Assembly (NCBI GenBank): GCA_023666775.1
Contig: JAMPBI010000002.1
Span: 1-35,926 of the forward strand
Length of the DNA stretch: 35,926 bases
Reading direction: 5' to 3'
From: Alistipes sp.
GTDB lineage: Bacteria; Bacillota; Clostridia; Lachnospirales; Lachnospiraceae
This document shows positions 16,411 to 25,047 of this stretch, in pieces. Within the stretch, counting starts at the first letter, position 1. Every line of letters begins with the position of its first letter. Under the pieces are notes generated by a model that saw only the letters and a list, made by a program, of their open reading frames with translations, was not told the DNA's origin and did not search any database. Made by a program: the position numbers and the translations under genes.

Positions 16411-18735
16411 ATGAAATGTATTGTACTTGCAGGAGGAACAGGTGATACGCTTTGGCCGCTGTCCCGCCGTAAATATCCAAAACAATTTATGCCTTTTCGA
16501 GAAAAACGTTCTCTATTTCAGGAAAATATCGTTCGTAATATGACGTATTGTGATGAATTTGTAATCGTTACAAATATAGAATTTCAATATGTAGTGGAGA
16601 GCCAAATGCGCGCGCTTCAGGGAGTTCATTACAGTCTTATTTTAGAAGAAACAAGCCGCATGACGGCGCTTCCGATACTTGTTGCGACTATGCTTGAGGA
16701 CGAAAATGAGGAATTAATGGTCATTGGTTCGGATACCATTGTGGAAGGCGGAGAGTATCAGAATGCCATGATCATATCAAAGAATCTGATTACAGCAAAT
16801 CGGATTATTCTGCATGGAATAAAACCGACAAAAGCGAGTACAAGGTTTGCGTATGTTTTAGGAGAGAAAGAAAATGTCCGTGAGATCATTTATCGTCCTA
16901 CAGAACAGGCAGCGCAAGAATTAATAAAGAACGCCGACTGTTATTGGAATTCCGGAATTATTATTTATAAGGCAAAGAATCTTCTCGAAGATTTTAAAAG
17001 AGTTAATCCTCAAATGTACCTGCAATGTCGAAAAATTGTAGAAATGATGACAGATGAGGTTAAAATAATTCCCGCAAAGTATGCTCGTGAAGCAGAATGT
17101 ATCAGTATTCATGAGGCGTATCTTATGAGAAGCAAAAATCTGTATCTTCTTCCTTGTGAGTACGATTGGAGCGATATTGGAAGCCTGCGTGCGTTTAAGA
17201 GATTTTTGCAGCCTGGCGATACGAAGAATGTGTTAGTCAGAAGCAGTGATTCGGTTATTATCAACCGGGATCCGGACCGGTTGGTAGTAGTCAACGGCAT
17301 TCAGGACGCGGTAGTGGTTAATACAAACGACGCGGTTTATATTTCATCAATGGAACAGGCAGACGATATTCGCGGTATTATGGAGCAATATCACGACCAA
17401 TATATTGATTATTTTGACTATAATACGATTTCGTTTCGAAGTTGGGGAAAACATGAAACCTTAAAGAGAGGGCATGATTATAAGGTTAAAAAAGTCACAA
17501 TCTCGCCGGGACATGAGTTTTCCCTGCATAAGCACGAGTACCGCAGCGAGCAGTGGACCGTAGTAAAGGGCACGCCGACAATCACCCTTGGGGAGAAGAA
17601 CGGGGAACTGGTAACGAAGGATTACCAGATGGGTTCCTGTATTTTTGTACCGATCGGAACACCGCATAAGGTGCGGAATAACACGTTGGAAGACGTGGAG
17701 ATTGTGGAAGTGGCGGTAGGGCACCGGGTTCAGGATTCCGATGTGATCCGTCTTGGAAAGCAGGTCACGGAAAAAGAGCATTTTATTAAGCTGACGCCTT
17801 CCTTTAAAGATTATCTTTGGGGCGGGACAAGGATCCGCGACGAATTGGGAAAACAATGCGATCTGGATATTATAGCCGAGAGCTGGGAATTGTCTGCCCA
17901 TGCGGACGGCGTTTGCAGGGTAGCGTGCGGCAGATATGAGGGAATGTATTTTAATGATTATCTGGAAGCCATCGGGCGTGAGGCGCTGGGGTGGAAATGC
18001 CAGCATTATGACAGGTTTCCGATCCTGATCAAGTTTATTGACGCGGCAAATCCGTTGTCCGTCCAGATACACCCTGATGACGAGTACGCGCTTAAAAATG
18101 AGGGCGAATACGGCAAAAATGAAATGTGGTATGTTATGGACTGCGATGAAGGCGCGTACATCTATTACGGAACAAAAGGCGTGGTTTCCAAGGAAGAACT
18201 GAGGGAGCGTATTAAAAATAATACGATCTTAGAAGTGCTGAATAAAGTGTATGTGCATAAGGGAGACGTTTTTTATGTGCAGGCGGGTACGATCCACGCG
18301 ATCTGCGGCGGCATTTTGATCTGTGAGATCCAGCAGAGTTCAAACTGTACCTACCGTATGTACGATTATGACAGAAGGGACAAATTCGGAAATCCGAGAC
18401 AGCTTCATATTAATAAGGCGATTGACGTTGTGCGAATGGATCAAGTGAGCGGGTTGAAGTACGGATTACCCGAACCGGACGGAGCAGGCAATGAGAAGAC
18501 GCTGCTTGTCCAGTGTAAATATTTTGAATGTAATAAGTATGTTGTGCGGGAAGAGTTAAATCTGCCGGTAGACGAAACGTCGTTCCGTTCCATTATGGTG
18601 GTAAACGGTTCCGGAGTGATCGGCGACGGCGGATACTCCATGGAATTTGTCCGCGGGGACAGTTTCTTTGTTCCGGCATATAAAAATATAATCAATATCA
18701 AAGGACAGTGTGAGATTATAGTGACGCATATTTAG
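16411..18735 (+). CDS. Triple-domain fusion: ManC-like nucleotidyltransferase, cupin (type II PMI-like) and class I mannose-6-phosphate isomerase (ManA)
   Basis: The N-terminus is MKCIVLAGGTGDTLWPLSRRKYPKQF. The cupin segment reads SWGKHETL...KVKKVTISPGHEFSLHKHEYRSEQWTVVKG. The C-terminal ManA segment reads LTPSFKDYLWGG...ESWELSAH...SVQIHPDDEYA...GKNEMWYV. Confidence 0.85.
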   Translation: MKCIVLAGGTGDTLWPLSRRKYPKQFMPFREKRSLFQENIVRNMTYCDEFVIVTNIEFQYVVESQMRALQGVHYSLILEETSRMTALPILVATMLEDENEELMVIGSDTIVEGGEYQNAMIISKNLITANRIILHGIKPTKASTRFAYVLGEKENVREIIYRPTEQAAQELIKNADCYWNSGIIIYKAKNLLEDFKRVNPQMYLQCRKIVEMMTDEVKIIPAKYAREAECISIHEAYLMRSKNLYLLPCEYDWSDIGSLRAFKRFLQPGDTKNVLVRSSDSVIINRDPDRLVVVNGIQDAVVVNTNDAVYISSMEQADDIRGIMEQYHDQYIDYFDYNTISFRSWGKHETLKRGHDYKVKKVTISPGHEFSLHKHEYRSEQWTVVKGTPTITLGEKNGELVTKDYQMGSCIFVPIGTPHKVRNNTLEDVEIVEVAVGHRVQDSDVIRLGKQVTEKEHFIKLTPSFKDYLWGGTRIRDELGKQCDLDIIAESWELSAHADGVCRVACGRYEGMYFNDYLEAIGREALGWKCQHYDRFPILIKFIDAANPLSVQIHPDDEYALKNEGEYGKNEMWYVMDCDEGAYIYYGTKGVVSKEELRERIKNNTILEVLNKVYVHKGDVFYVQAGTIHAICGGILICEIQQSSNCTYRMYDYDRRDKFGNPRQLHINKAIDVVRMDQVSGLKYGLPEPDGAGNEKTLLVQCKYFECNKYVVREELNLPVDETSFRSIMVVNGSGVIGDGGYSMEFVRGDSFFVPAYKNIINIKGQCEIIVTHI

Positions 18736-18755
18736 AAAGAAGCGGAGGGATATTT

Positions 18756-21700
18756 GTGAAAGGAACTTTAAGAAAACGGATCATATGGATATGTCTGGCG
18801 GGAATATTCTGTCTTTTTCTAAGTTTTCCGCAGCGTACCGCGGCGGAGGAACAGCAGACGCAGGATATTTCAAATCTGGTTATTTTTGTTAAATACAACG
18901 GGGATTCCAGGGATATTTTTAATGCGGAAAAGGATTATACAACATATAAGGTAAGTAACTGGAATGATATTAAGAAAATGTACGGACCGAATGTACAACA
19001 TGATTATACATCAGGAAACGACTATGACAATTCATTCCAAAATTATATTTATACGATTTCGGAACATAAAGTGAGCGTAACGAATATTTTTCCGCAGGAA
19101 AACGAAGATGGTACGGCTGTAAACACATATGAACTGAAAAAGAGTTCCTATGGTACGGAGGGCGAGATAATCGCGGAGGTACTGAACGCGTTAAATGACG
19201 CACGTATCAATAATGACAGTAATACATTTGAATTATCAAAATACAAGCTGGATAACCTGCAAAACGGTTTTGTCGATAATCTTACGATTATTATACAGGG
19301 GGACGCGGGGGAAGACAGGAATAATATCATTTATCCCCATAAAGCACAGTACAGTGGGCAGGAAACGTTAAACGGCTGCCGTATATTTAATTATAATATG
19401 ATTCCGTCAGCGGTTCTTGTGACAGATGACGCCTCTACGGGAGTAAAGCAGGCGCAGGGAGTAATTGCGCATGAGTTCCTGCATATTTTGGGTTTTCCGG
19501 ATCTATACCGCACAAGCGGCGACGGACATCCTGTCGGCGAGTGGGATACGATGGCGAGAAACAGTTCTTTTTTGCAGTATCCGCTTTCTTATCTCAGGGC
19601 GCAGCAGGGGTGGATATCGGCAGACGAGATTACGGAAAGCGGCAGGTATACGCTTACGGCTGTATCGGAGAGCGGCGGAAATAAGATTTTCATTTTAAAG
19701 ACGCCGGTATCCGATACCGAAATGATCGTTCTGGAATACCGGAAAAAGAGTTCCAGTATTTATGATTTTGAACACAGGATCCCTTCCAGCGGCCTCTTAA
19801 TGTACCGGGTAGATACCAAGGTCGAGGGTTATACCAATATTGCGGGTGAAAATTATATATATGTGTACCGCCCGAATGTAACGGATCCGGAAGCGGGAAA
19901 AGATGTATTGACATCGGGAACTTATGCGGGTGCCAATGCCGTCTATGAAGCGGCTCTTGATGTCGCGAACGGCGAGACGGAATATGGAAGCACCGATTTA
20001 ACGAAGTCTTTTAGGGATAATACTTTATACTATTCCGATGGAAAAAACAGCGGGATATATATAAGCGGTCTGGAGTTGTCGCCGGATCAGAAACAACTTT
20101 CTTTTTCCGTAACGTTTGCGGATTATGAAAGCGCGGATTTATGGGAAAATGTAGGAAATGCGTTTGGAAATAACAGTTATGGCGACGCGGTTTTATATGC
20201 GGATAAAGATAACAAAACGCTTTATATGGCACAGACAAATGGGATCGGCTCAAATGCCGGGGTTCAGGTATACCGATGGAACGGCGCGTCGTGGGAGACG
20301 TTTGGAGGAACCGTTAATAATGCGATGTCTCCGACGATCGCGGTGTGCGGCGGTCAGATGTATCTGGCATATCAGAGAAATGATAATGGGAGTACGAGTA
20401 TCTGCCGTCTGGATAACGGAAGCTGGAGCGTGATAAAGGAGACGTCTGCGCAATATGTGCAGAGTATGCAGTTCGTAGCGGATAATGATAGTATTTATGC
20501 GGTATATCAGGAAAATATATCTTCGGGGGGGAAGAAACTTGTTATCTATGATGTAAAAAATAATATCGTGGTGAATGAGGAAAAGACGCTTCGGGATTTT
20601 GGCAATCCGTCCGTATGCAAGAACGGTTCCCATCTTTATGTTCTGTACTCTGATTTTTTCGGGGATAGCGGGAACAATCATGCGGTGATTGATGTTTATG
20701 ACATTGGCAAAAAGAAATGGAGTAATCTGAAAACATACCCTCTGACGGCAACCAATATCCACTCGATCAAGGCGGTTGACGGAAAAATCTATGCGTTCGT
20801 GGGAAAAACGGGAGAAAATCCTATCGTATCGGTATATGACGGTGTCTGGTGGAAAGATACGAAAGTCGCAGAGATGAACCATTTTCTTAATGTGTCAATG
20901 GAAATCATTAAAGGTGAAGTTTATCTTACGTTCATGGACACGAAAAAAAATCAGTCTTATGTTTTGCGGGGAAACGGGAACGGTTTTTCCGTTTATTGTG
21001 ATGATGTGGGAACCGGCTTGTTTGCGCTAAGTGCATGCAGTATGGACAATACGATCTACACGGCGACGAAGGCGCTTGGGTCAGAAGTTTCTCATGTCAA
21101 GAAAAAAGATGTGACCATACCGGACTATGCGTTGGTTTTGAACGCGCCGGGGCAGTATACCAATGCGGAGGTTTATATTGACGGCGTACAGGAACCTGCG
21201 GTTAAGAACGGTTCGGTTTATTCGTTAAATCTGTCTCATGGAAACGCGAGAACGGCTGTTATGTATAACTATGATTCGGCAGGTATTCCACGGGAAATGT
21301 ATGTCTGGATATTAAGAACCGAAAACGGAAATTATGTGGCGGAAGCGGCAGGAGGATTGGAAAATTTACTGAGTTACCATGGCTTTTCCGTCCGAATTAA
21401 AAGTCCGGCAGGTATTCGTTTTAAATCCGGTATTGATATAGAGCTTAGGGAACGGCTTCTTGGTGCGGGAGTGGACGGTTTTAAGCTGGAAGAGTACGGA
21501 ACATTGTATATGACAAATGCCAACCGCGGTAAATATCCGTTTATAAAGTCCGGTAATAAAGTGGGGAGTGGACGTTCGTACTGGGTAGAAGACTCCGTTG
21601 TAAATGATAAAATTTTGGAAACGGTAGATGGAAGATACCGGTTCGCCTCAGTGTTGATCAATCTGCCGAAAGAGCAGTACGCAACGGATTTTGCATTTAG

Positions 21701-21878
21701 GGCGTACATTATTTTAGAGAGAAACGGAGAGAAATTTATATTGTATGGTCCGCCGGTTTACAGAAGCATTTATACGGTTGCGAAACAGTTAGATGTCAGA
21801 GGGGAGTTCAAACCGGGAAGTAATGGAGATAATTTTATAAAAGGCATTATTCGTTCGGTTGAAACCGGCGGGGATTGA
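18756..21878 (+). CDS. Secreted M6 (immune-inhibitor-A-like) zinc metalloprotease domain protein with a central propeller-like repeat region and an uncharacterised C-terminal domain
   Basis: The GTG start has GGAGGG 7 nt upstream. A signal peptide is present (…FPQRTAA/EEQ). The zinc motif is HEFLHILGFPDLY (HExxHxxGxxD). About seven repeats of roughly 40 aa follow, each of the form (bulky)Y-(A/L/V)-x-Y/F...(V/I)-Y/R-x-x-(N/D)G-x-W. Confidence 0.7.
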   Translation: MKGTLRKRIIWICLAGIFCLFLSFPQRTAAEEQQTQDISNLVIFVKYNGDSRDIFNAEKDYTTYKVSNWNDIKKMYGPNVQHDYTSGNDYDNSFQNYIYTISEHKVSVTNIFPQENEDGTAVNTYELKKSSYGTEGEIIAEVLNALNDARINNDSNTFELSKYKLDNLQNGFVDNLTIIIQGDAGEDRNNIIYPHKAQYSGQETLNGCRIFNYNMIPSAVLVTDDASTGVKQAQGVIAHEFLHILGFPDLYRTSGDGHPVGEWDTMARNSSFLQYPLSYLRAQQGWISADEITESGRYTLTAVSESGGNKIFILKTPVSDTEMIVLEYRKKSSSIYDFEHRIPSSGLLMYRVDTKVEGYTNIAGENYIYVYRPNVTDPEAGKDVLTSGTYAGANAVYEAALDVANGETEYGSTDLTKSFRDNTLYYSDGKNSGIYISGLELSPDQKQLSFSVTFADYESADLWENVGNAFGNNSYGDAVLYADKDNKTLYMAQTNGIGSNAGVQVYRWNGASWETFGGTVNNAMSPTIAVCGGQMYLAYQRNDNGSTSICRLDNGSWSVIKETSAQYVQSMQFVADNDSIYAVYQENISSGGKKLVIYDVKNNIVVNEEKTLRDFGNPSVCKNGSHLYVLYSDFFGDSGNNHAVIDVYDIGKKKWSNLKTYPLTATNIHSIKAVDGKIYAFVGKTGENPIVSVYDGVWWKDTKVAEMNHFLNVSMEIIKGEVYLTFMDTKKNQSYVLRGNGNGFSVYCDDVGTGLFALSACSMDNTIYTATKALGSEVSHVKKKDVTIPDYALVLNAPGQYTNAEVYIDGVQEPAVKNGSVYSLNLSHGNARTAVMYNYDSAGIPREMYVWILRTENGNYVAEAAGGLENLLSYHGFSVRIKSPAGIRFKSGIDIELRERLLGAGVDGFKLEEYGTLYMTNANRGKYPFIKSGNKVGSGRSYWVEDSVVNDKILETVDGRYRFASVLINLPKEQYATDFAFRAYIILERNGEKFILYGPPVYRSIYTVAKQLDVRGEFKPGSNGDNFIKGIIRSVETGGD

Positions 21879-21921
21879 TAGTTTTAGTACAATATTAGCA
21901 AAGGGGCATGGAGGCAGAACA

Positions 21922-22992
21922 ATGAAAGTATATGGAGTAATCATGGCGGGCGGAGGCGGAACCCGTTTCTGGCCGATTTCAAGGCAGGCAAGACCAAAAC
22001 AGCTTTTGAATTTAAGCGGCAAGGAAATCATGGTGAATGAGGCGGTTGACCGTTTGGCAAAGACAGCGGATATGGAGGATATATTTATTGTAACCAATAA
22101 GACCCAGACGGCGGTTATGAAGGAAGTGACAAGCGGACGGATCCGGGAAGACCACATTTTATCCGAGCCGTCTGCCAGAAATACGGCGGCATGTATCGGT
22201 TACGCGGCAATGGAGATCATAAAAAAATACGGAGACGGGATTATGGTGATCACGCCGTCCGACGCGTTTATTAAAAATGAAGATGAGTTTACGAATATTT
22301 TGTCAAAAGCGGTGAAGGAGGCGGAAGCAACCGAACATCTCGTCACGGTGGGAATTACACCTACGTTTCCGTCAACCGGTTACGGTTATATTAAGTATGA
22401 TACCGTATCGGAAGGCGAGGTAAAGAAGGTACAGGAGTTTAAGGAAAAACCGGATTTAGAGACGGCAAAGGAGTATGTGGCGTCCGGAAGTTACGCGTGG
22501 AACAGCGGTATGTTTATCTGGAAAGCGTCGGTTATTTTAAAGAATTTCGAGAAGTTCCTTCCGGAGATTTACGCGGATCTTCTAAAGATCGGTGAGGCAA
22601 TGGGAACAAAAGCCGAGTATGATGTGATCAATGAGGTATATCCGCAGATTAAGAGCATTTCCGTGGACTACGGTATTATGGAACAATCCGATGAGGTTAT
22701 GGTGGTTCCGGGTGAATTTGGCTGGAATGATGTGGCAAGTTTTGATATGCTGAAGGTCATGCATGATGAAGACGCGGACGGAAATGTTATTGTAGGTAAC
22801 TGTGTGAATGTTGATACAAAGAACAGCGTAGTGTATTCTTCCGGCGGACGTCTTGTCGCAACACTGGGGCTTGACAATATTGTAGTGGTTGAGACGGCGG
22901 ACAGCATTATGGTTTGCAGCAAAGACCGCGTTCAGGAAGTCAAAAAGATTGTGGACGAGTTGAAAGCGCAGGGGAAGACGGAATATTTGTAA
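21922..22992 (+). CDS. manC: Mannose-1-phosphate guanylyltransferase (no cupin domain)
   Basis: MKVYGVIMAGGGGTRFWPISRQARPKQL carries the canonical GxGTRxWPxSR motif. Also present are TPSDAFI, GYGYI and WNSGMFIW. GGAGG lies upstream of ATG 21922, whereas the track starts at 21859. Confidence 0.9.
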   Translation: MKVYGVIMAGGGGTRFWPISRQARPKQLLNLSGKEIMVNEAVDRLAKTADMEDIFIVTNKTQTAVMKEVTSGRIREDHILSEPSARNTAACIGYAAMEIIKKYGDGIMVITPSDAFIKNEDEFTNILSKAVKEAEATEHLVTVGITPTFPSTGYGYIKYDTVSEGEVKKVQEFKEKPDLETAKEYVASGSYAWNSGMFIWKASVILKNFEKFLPEIYADLLKIGEAMGTKAEYDVINEVYPQIKSISVDYGIMEQSDEVMVVPGEFGWNDVASFDMLKVMHDEDADGNVIVGNCVNVDTKNSVVYSSGGRLVATLGLDNIVVVETADSIMVCSKDRVQEVKKIVDELKAQGKTEYL

Positions 22993-23038
22993 AATTATTT
23001 ATGTTGAATAAAATAAAAAGTGATTGAGGTATCCGGTA

Positions 23039-24967
23039 ATGTTTACAAGCATTTGTTTTATTATTACGAGTATCGTGGCTTTTGTGATGATTATGTTGTC
23101 TCCGAGGAAGGATAAAATAGAAAACGGAGTTACGCAGGCAGTAGCTTCTGTAATGATTTTGATTACCTACTGGGTTTTTACAGCGGGATTGATTAATATG
23201 CTGAATTTACCGGTAAATATAGGAAACTTATCAAAAAGTAGTCTCTTGATCATTCTTTTGGTGTGTTGTAGCATTATAAAGAAAAAGAAGATTCAGAAGT
23301 ATTTTTTTTCGTGGAAAGACGCACTTGTTGTCTTAAGTATACTGGCTGTTACAATAGCAATCGGTATGGTACGTTATGGCGTAAATTTTGATGTGTTTGC
23401 GTATTCCCAGGACGATTCGGTAAGGCATTTTCATTACGCGACTGGTCTGGTAGAAACCGGAAAGCTTCCAGGCAGATATACTTTGTATTTGATTAATATG
23501 ATTTTTATACAGGTGCTTGACCCCATAATTGGCATGGTGAATTGGTACAGAGCGTTTTTGTTTTCGGAAATGTTTTTATTTCTGGAAATTGGTGTTGTGT
23601 TCTGGATTTTGATACGTACTTATATAAAGGATAGATATTCATGGGGGGTGGGTATTGTCATGGAATATTTATTTTTGTTAGGATATCCGTTGATGAATAT
23701 GCTATGTGGCTTTGAGTATCTTGGTTCGGGAATGCTTGTCTGTACGTGGCTGCTGTGGATCATGTATAAGATAGAAAAGAAGGAAATTGGAAATTGGGTA
23801 GGAATTATATTATTGATGCTTGCCAATCTGGCAATGTGTAATTCTTATACCCTGTTTGCTCCGGCAATGCTTCTGGGCGAATTTATTTATTTTGTTGTAT
23901 TGCAAAATAAAAGAAAGTTTTATTCGTGGTATTCCTTATTTCTTTTTTTGTTCGGATTTATAGTACCTGGTGTTTTGTGTATCTGTTTTGTGGCACCGGA
24001 CTATATGAATATAATGTTTCCGCTAATATTAGCGGTATTGGCGGCTATGAGTCTTTTGTTGTGGGTAAATCGGTTGAAATTTTTCCGCAGACACTACCGT
24101 ATCCGTAATTTTTTATGGGTAGTTGGTGTGGCGGTGGTATGTTGTCTGGGATTTCGCTATGTTTTAATGGATATCGTGGTGAATTATCTGAGAACCGATG
24201 GAAGCATTTACAGAGAACCTTATGCGAACTTCATATTTTGGATATTTCCTGTTATCCTGTTTGTTTTGCGTGATATTAGAAAAAAGCGTCTGGACGCGGG
24301 ATTATCTGTGATGGCTTTTGTACTTATTTTTGGAATTTGGATGATTTATTGTGTTACAATAGGAGAAATGGGTACTTATTATTTTTATAAGCTGCATTTT
24401 CTGATGTGGGTATTAGTATACTGGTGCGCATTTCGGGAAATTGTATCCGCGAAGGGAGCGGAACGGAGATATATGACGACTTACCTTATTATGGGGCTTG
24501 TGTGTTTTGGTATTTTTTTAACAGGATTTGAGAAAAACCTTCAAAAAGAACAGGAATATATGTGGCCGAGCAATATATCGGCAAATATCTTTGGTGTATA
24601 TCAGAATAATATAGAGTCCCTTCAGGCGGGCGGCAATGTGACAAGAGATATGCAGACCATGTATAATGCGGTTCGTGAGGTGGTGGATACGCAGGATACA
24701 TTTGTGCCGTATTTCGGGGTGGAGCTAAGATACTTAAAGGAATATTATTATTATCTTAGCGATCAGAATCCCTATGATCACCCTGAATATTTAAACAATG
24801 CGGACTATCCTTCTTTCGATATTTTTGAGGATTTACAAAAACTAGGCTGTAAATATATCTTTGTGGAAAAGGGTTACGGAGAAACCTATAAAGAATATAA
24901 GCCTGTATTTGACTGGTTCCCTGTTCGTTTTGAAAATGATTACGGGTGGCTTTTAAAAGTGGAATAA
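23039..24967 (+). CDS. Large polytopic membrane protein with a soluble C-terminal domain; possible GT-C-type glycosyltransferase or polysaccharide polymerase
   Basis: At least 12 hydrophobic helices are present. A loop motif SQDDSVRHFHYATGL is reminiscent of the GT-C acidic loop. The C-terminal tail of about 140 aa ends ...YGWLLKVE, resembling the end of 7665-8453 (...QEWLLE). GAGGT lies 7 nt before ATG 23039. The segment is AT-rich, like the left locus. Confidence 0.55.
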   Translation: MFTSICFIITSIVAFVMIMLSPRKDKIENGVTQAVASVMILITYWVFTAGLINMLNLPVNIGNLSKSSLLIILLVCCSIIKKKKIQKYFFSWKDALVVLSILAVTIAIGMVRYGVNFDVFAYSQDDSVRHFHYATGLVETGKLPGRYTLYLINMIFIQVLDPIIGMVNWYRAFLFSEMFLFLEIGVVFWILIRTYIKDRYSWGVGIVMEYLFLLGYPLMNMLCGFEYLGSGMLVCTWLLWIMYKIEKKEIGNWVGIILLMLANLAMCNSYTLFAPAMLLGEFIYFVVLQNKRKFYSWYSLFLFLFGFIVPGVLCICFVAPDYMNIMFPLILAVLAAMSLLLWVNRLKFFRRHYRIRNFLWVVGVAVVCCLGFRYVLMDIVVNYLRTDGSIYREPYANFIFWIFPVILFVLRDIRKKRLDAGLSVMAFVLIFGIWMIYCVTIGEMGTYYFYKLHFLMWVLVYWCAFREIVSAKGAERRYMTTYLIMGLVCFGIFLTGFEKNLQKEQEYMWPSNISANIFGVYQNNIESLQAGGNVTRDMQTMYNAVREVVDTQDTFVPYFGVELRYLKEYYYYLSDQNPYDHPEYLNNADYPSFDIFEDLQKLGCKYIFVEKGYGETYKEYKPVFDWFPVRFENDYGWLLKVE

Positions 24968-25047
24968 GTGTGATATACTTATGGAACAAAGAAATTGCAG
25001 GGTATTCCTGTTAAATAAAAATTAAAAAAGTTAAAGGAAAAAAGAAA

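Noticed and set aside
17461-18072. Antisense ORFs of 160-217 aa inside GC-richer genes. Examples are 17461-18072 (-), 20250-20882 (-), 25914-26528 (-), 26023-26514 (-), 28092-28562 (-), 28653-29147 (-) and 30892-31437 (-).
   Set aside because: Each is fully embedded opposite a gene with strong family motifs (ManA fusion, M6 protease, glmM, glmU-like, mfd). Their sequences are low-complexity or Arg/Ser/Pro-rich, typical of antisense frames in GC-richer DNA. None has an SD.
24968-25047. A possible riboswitch or ribozyme leader upstream of glmM.
   Set aside because: The gap is only 80 nt and very A-rich, and I could find no conserved stem architecture in it. The glmS ribozyme is associated with glmS, not glmM.
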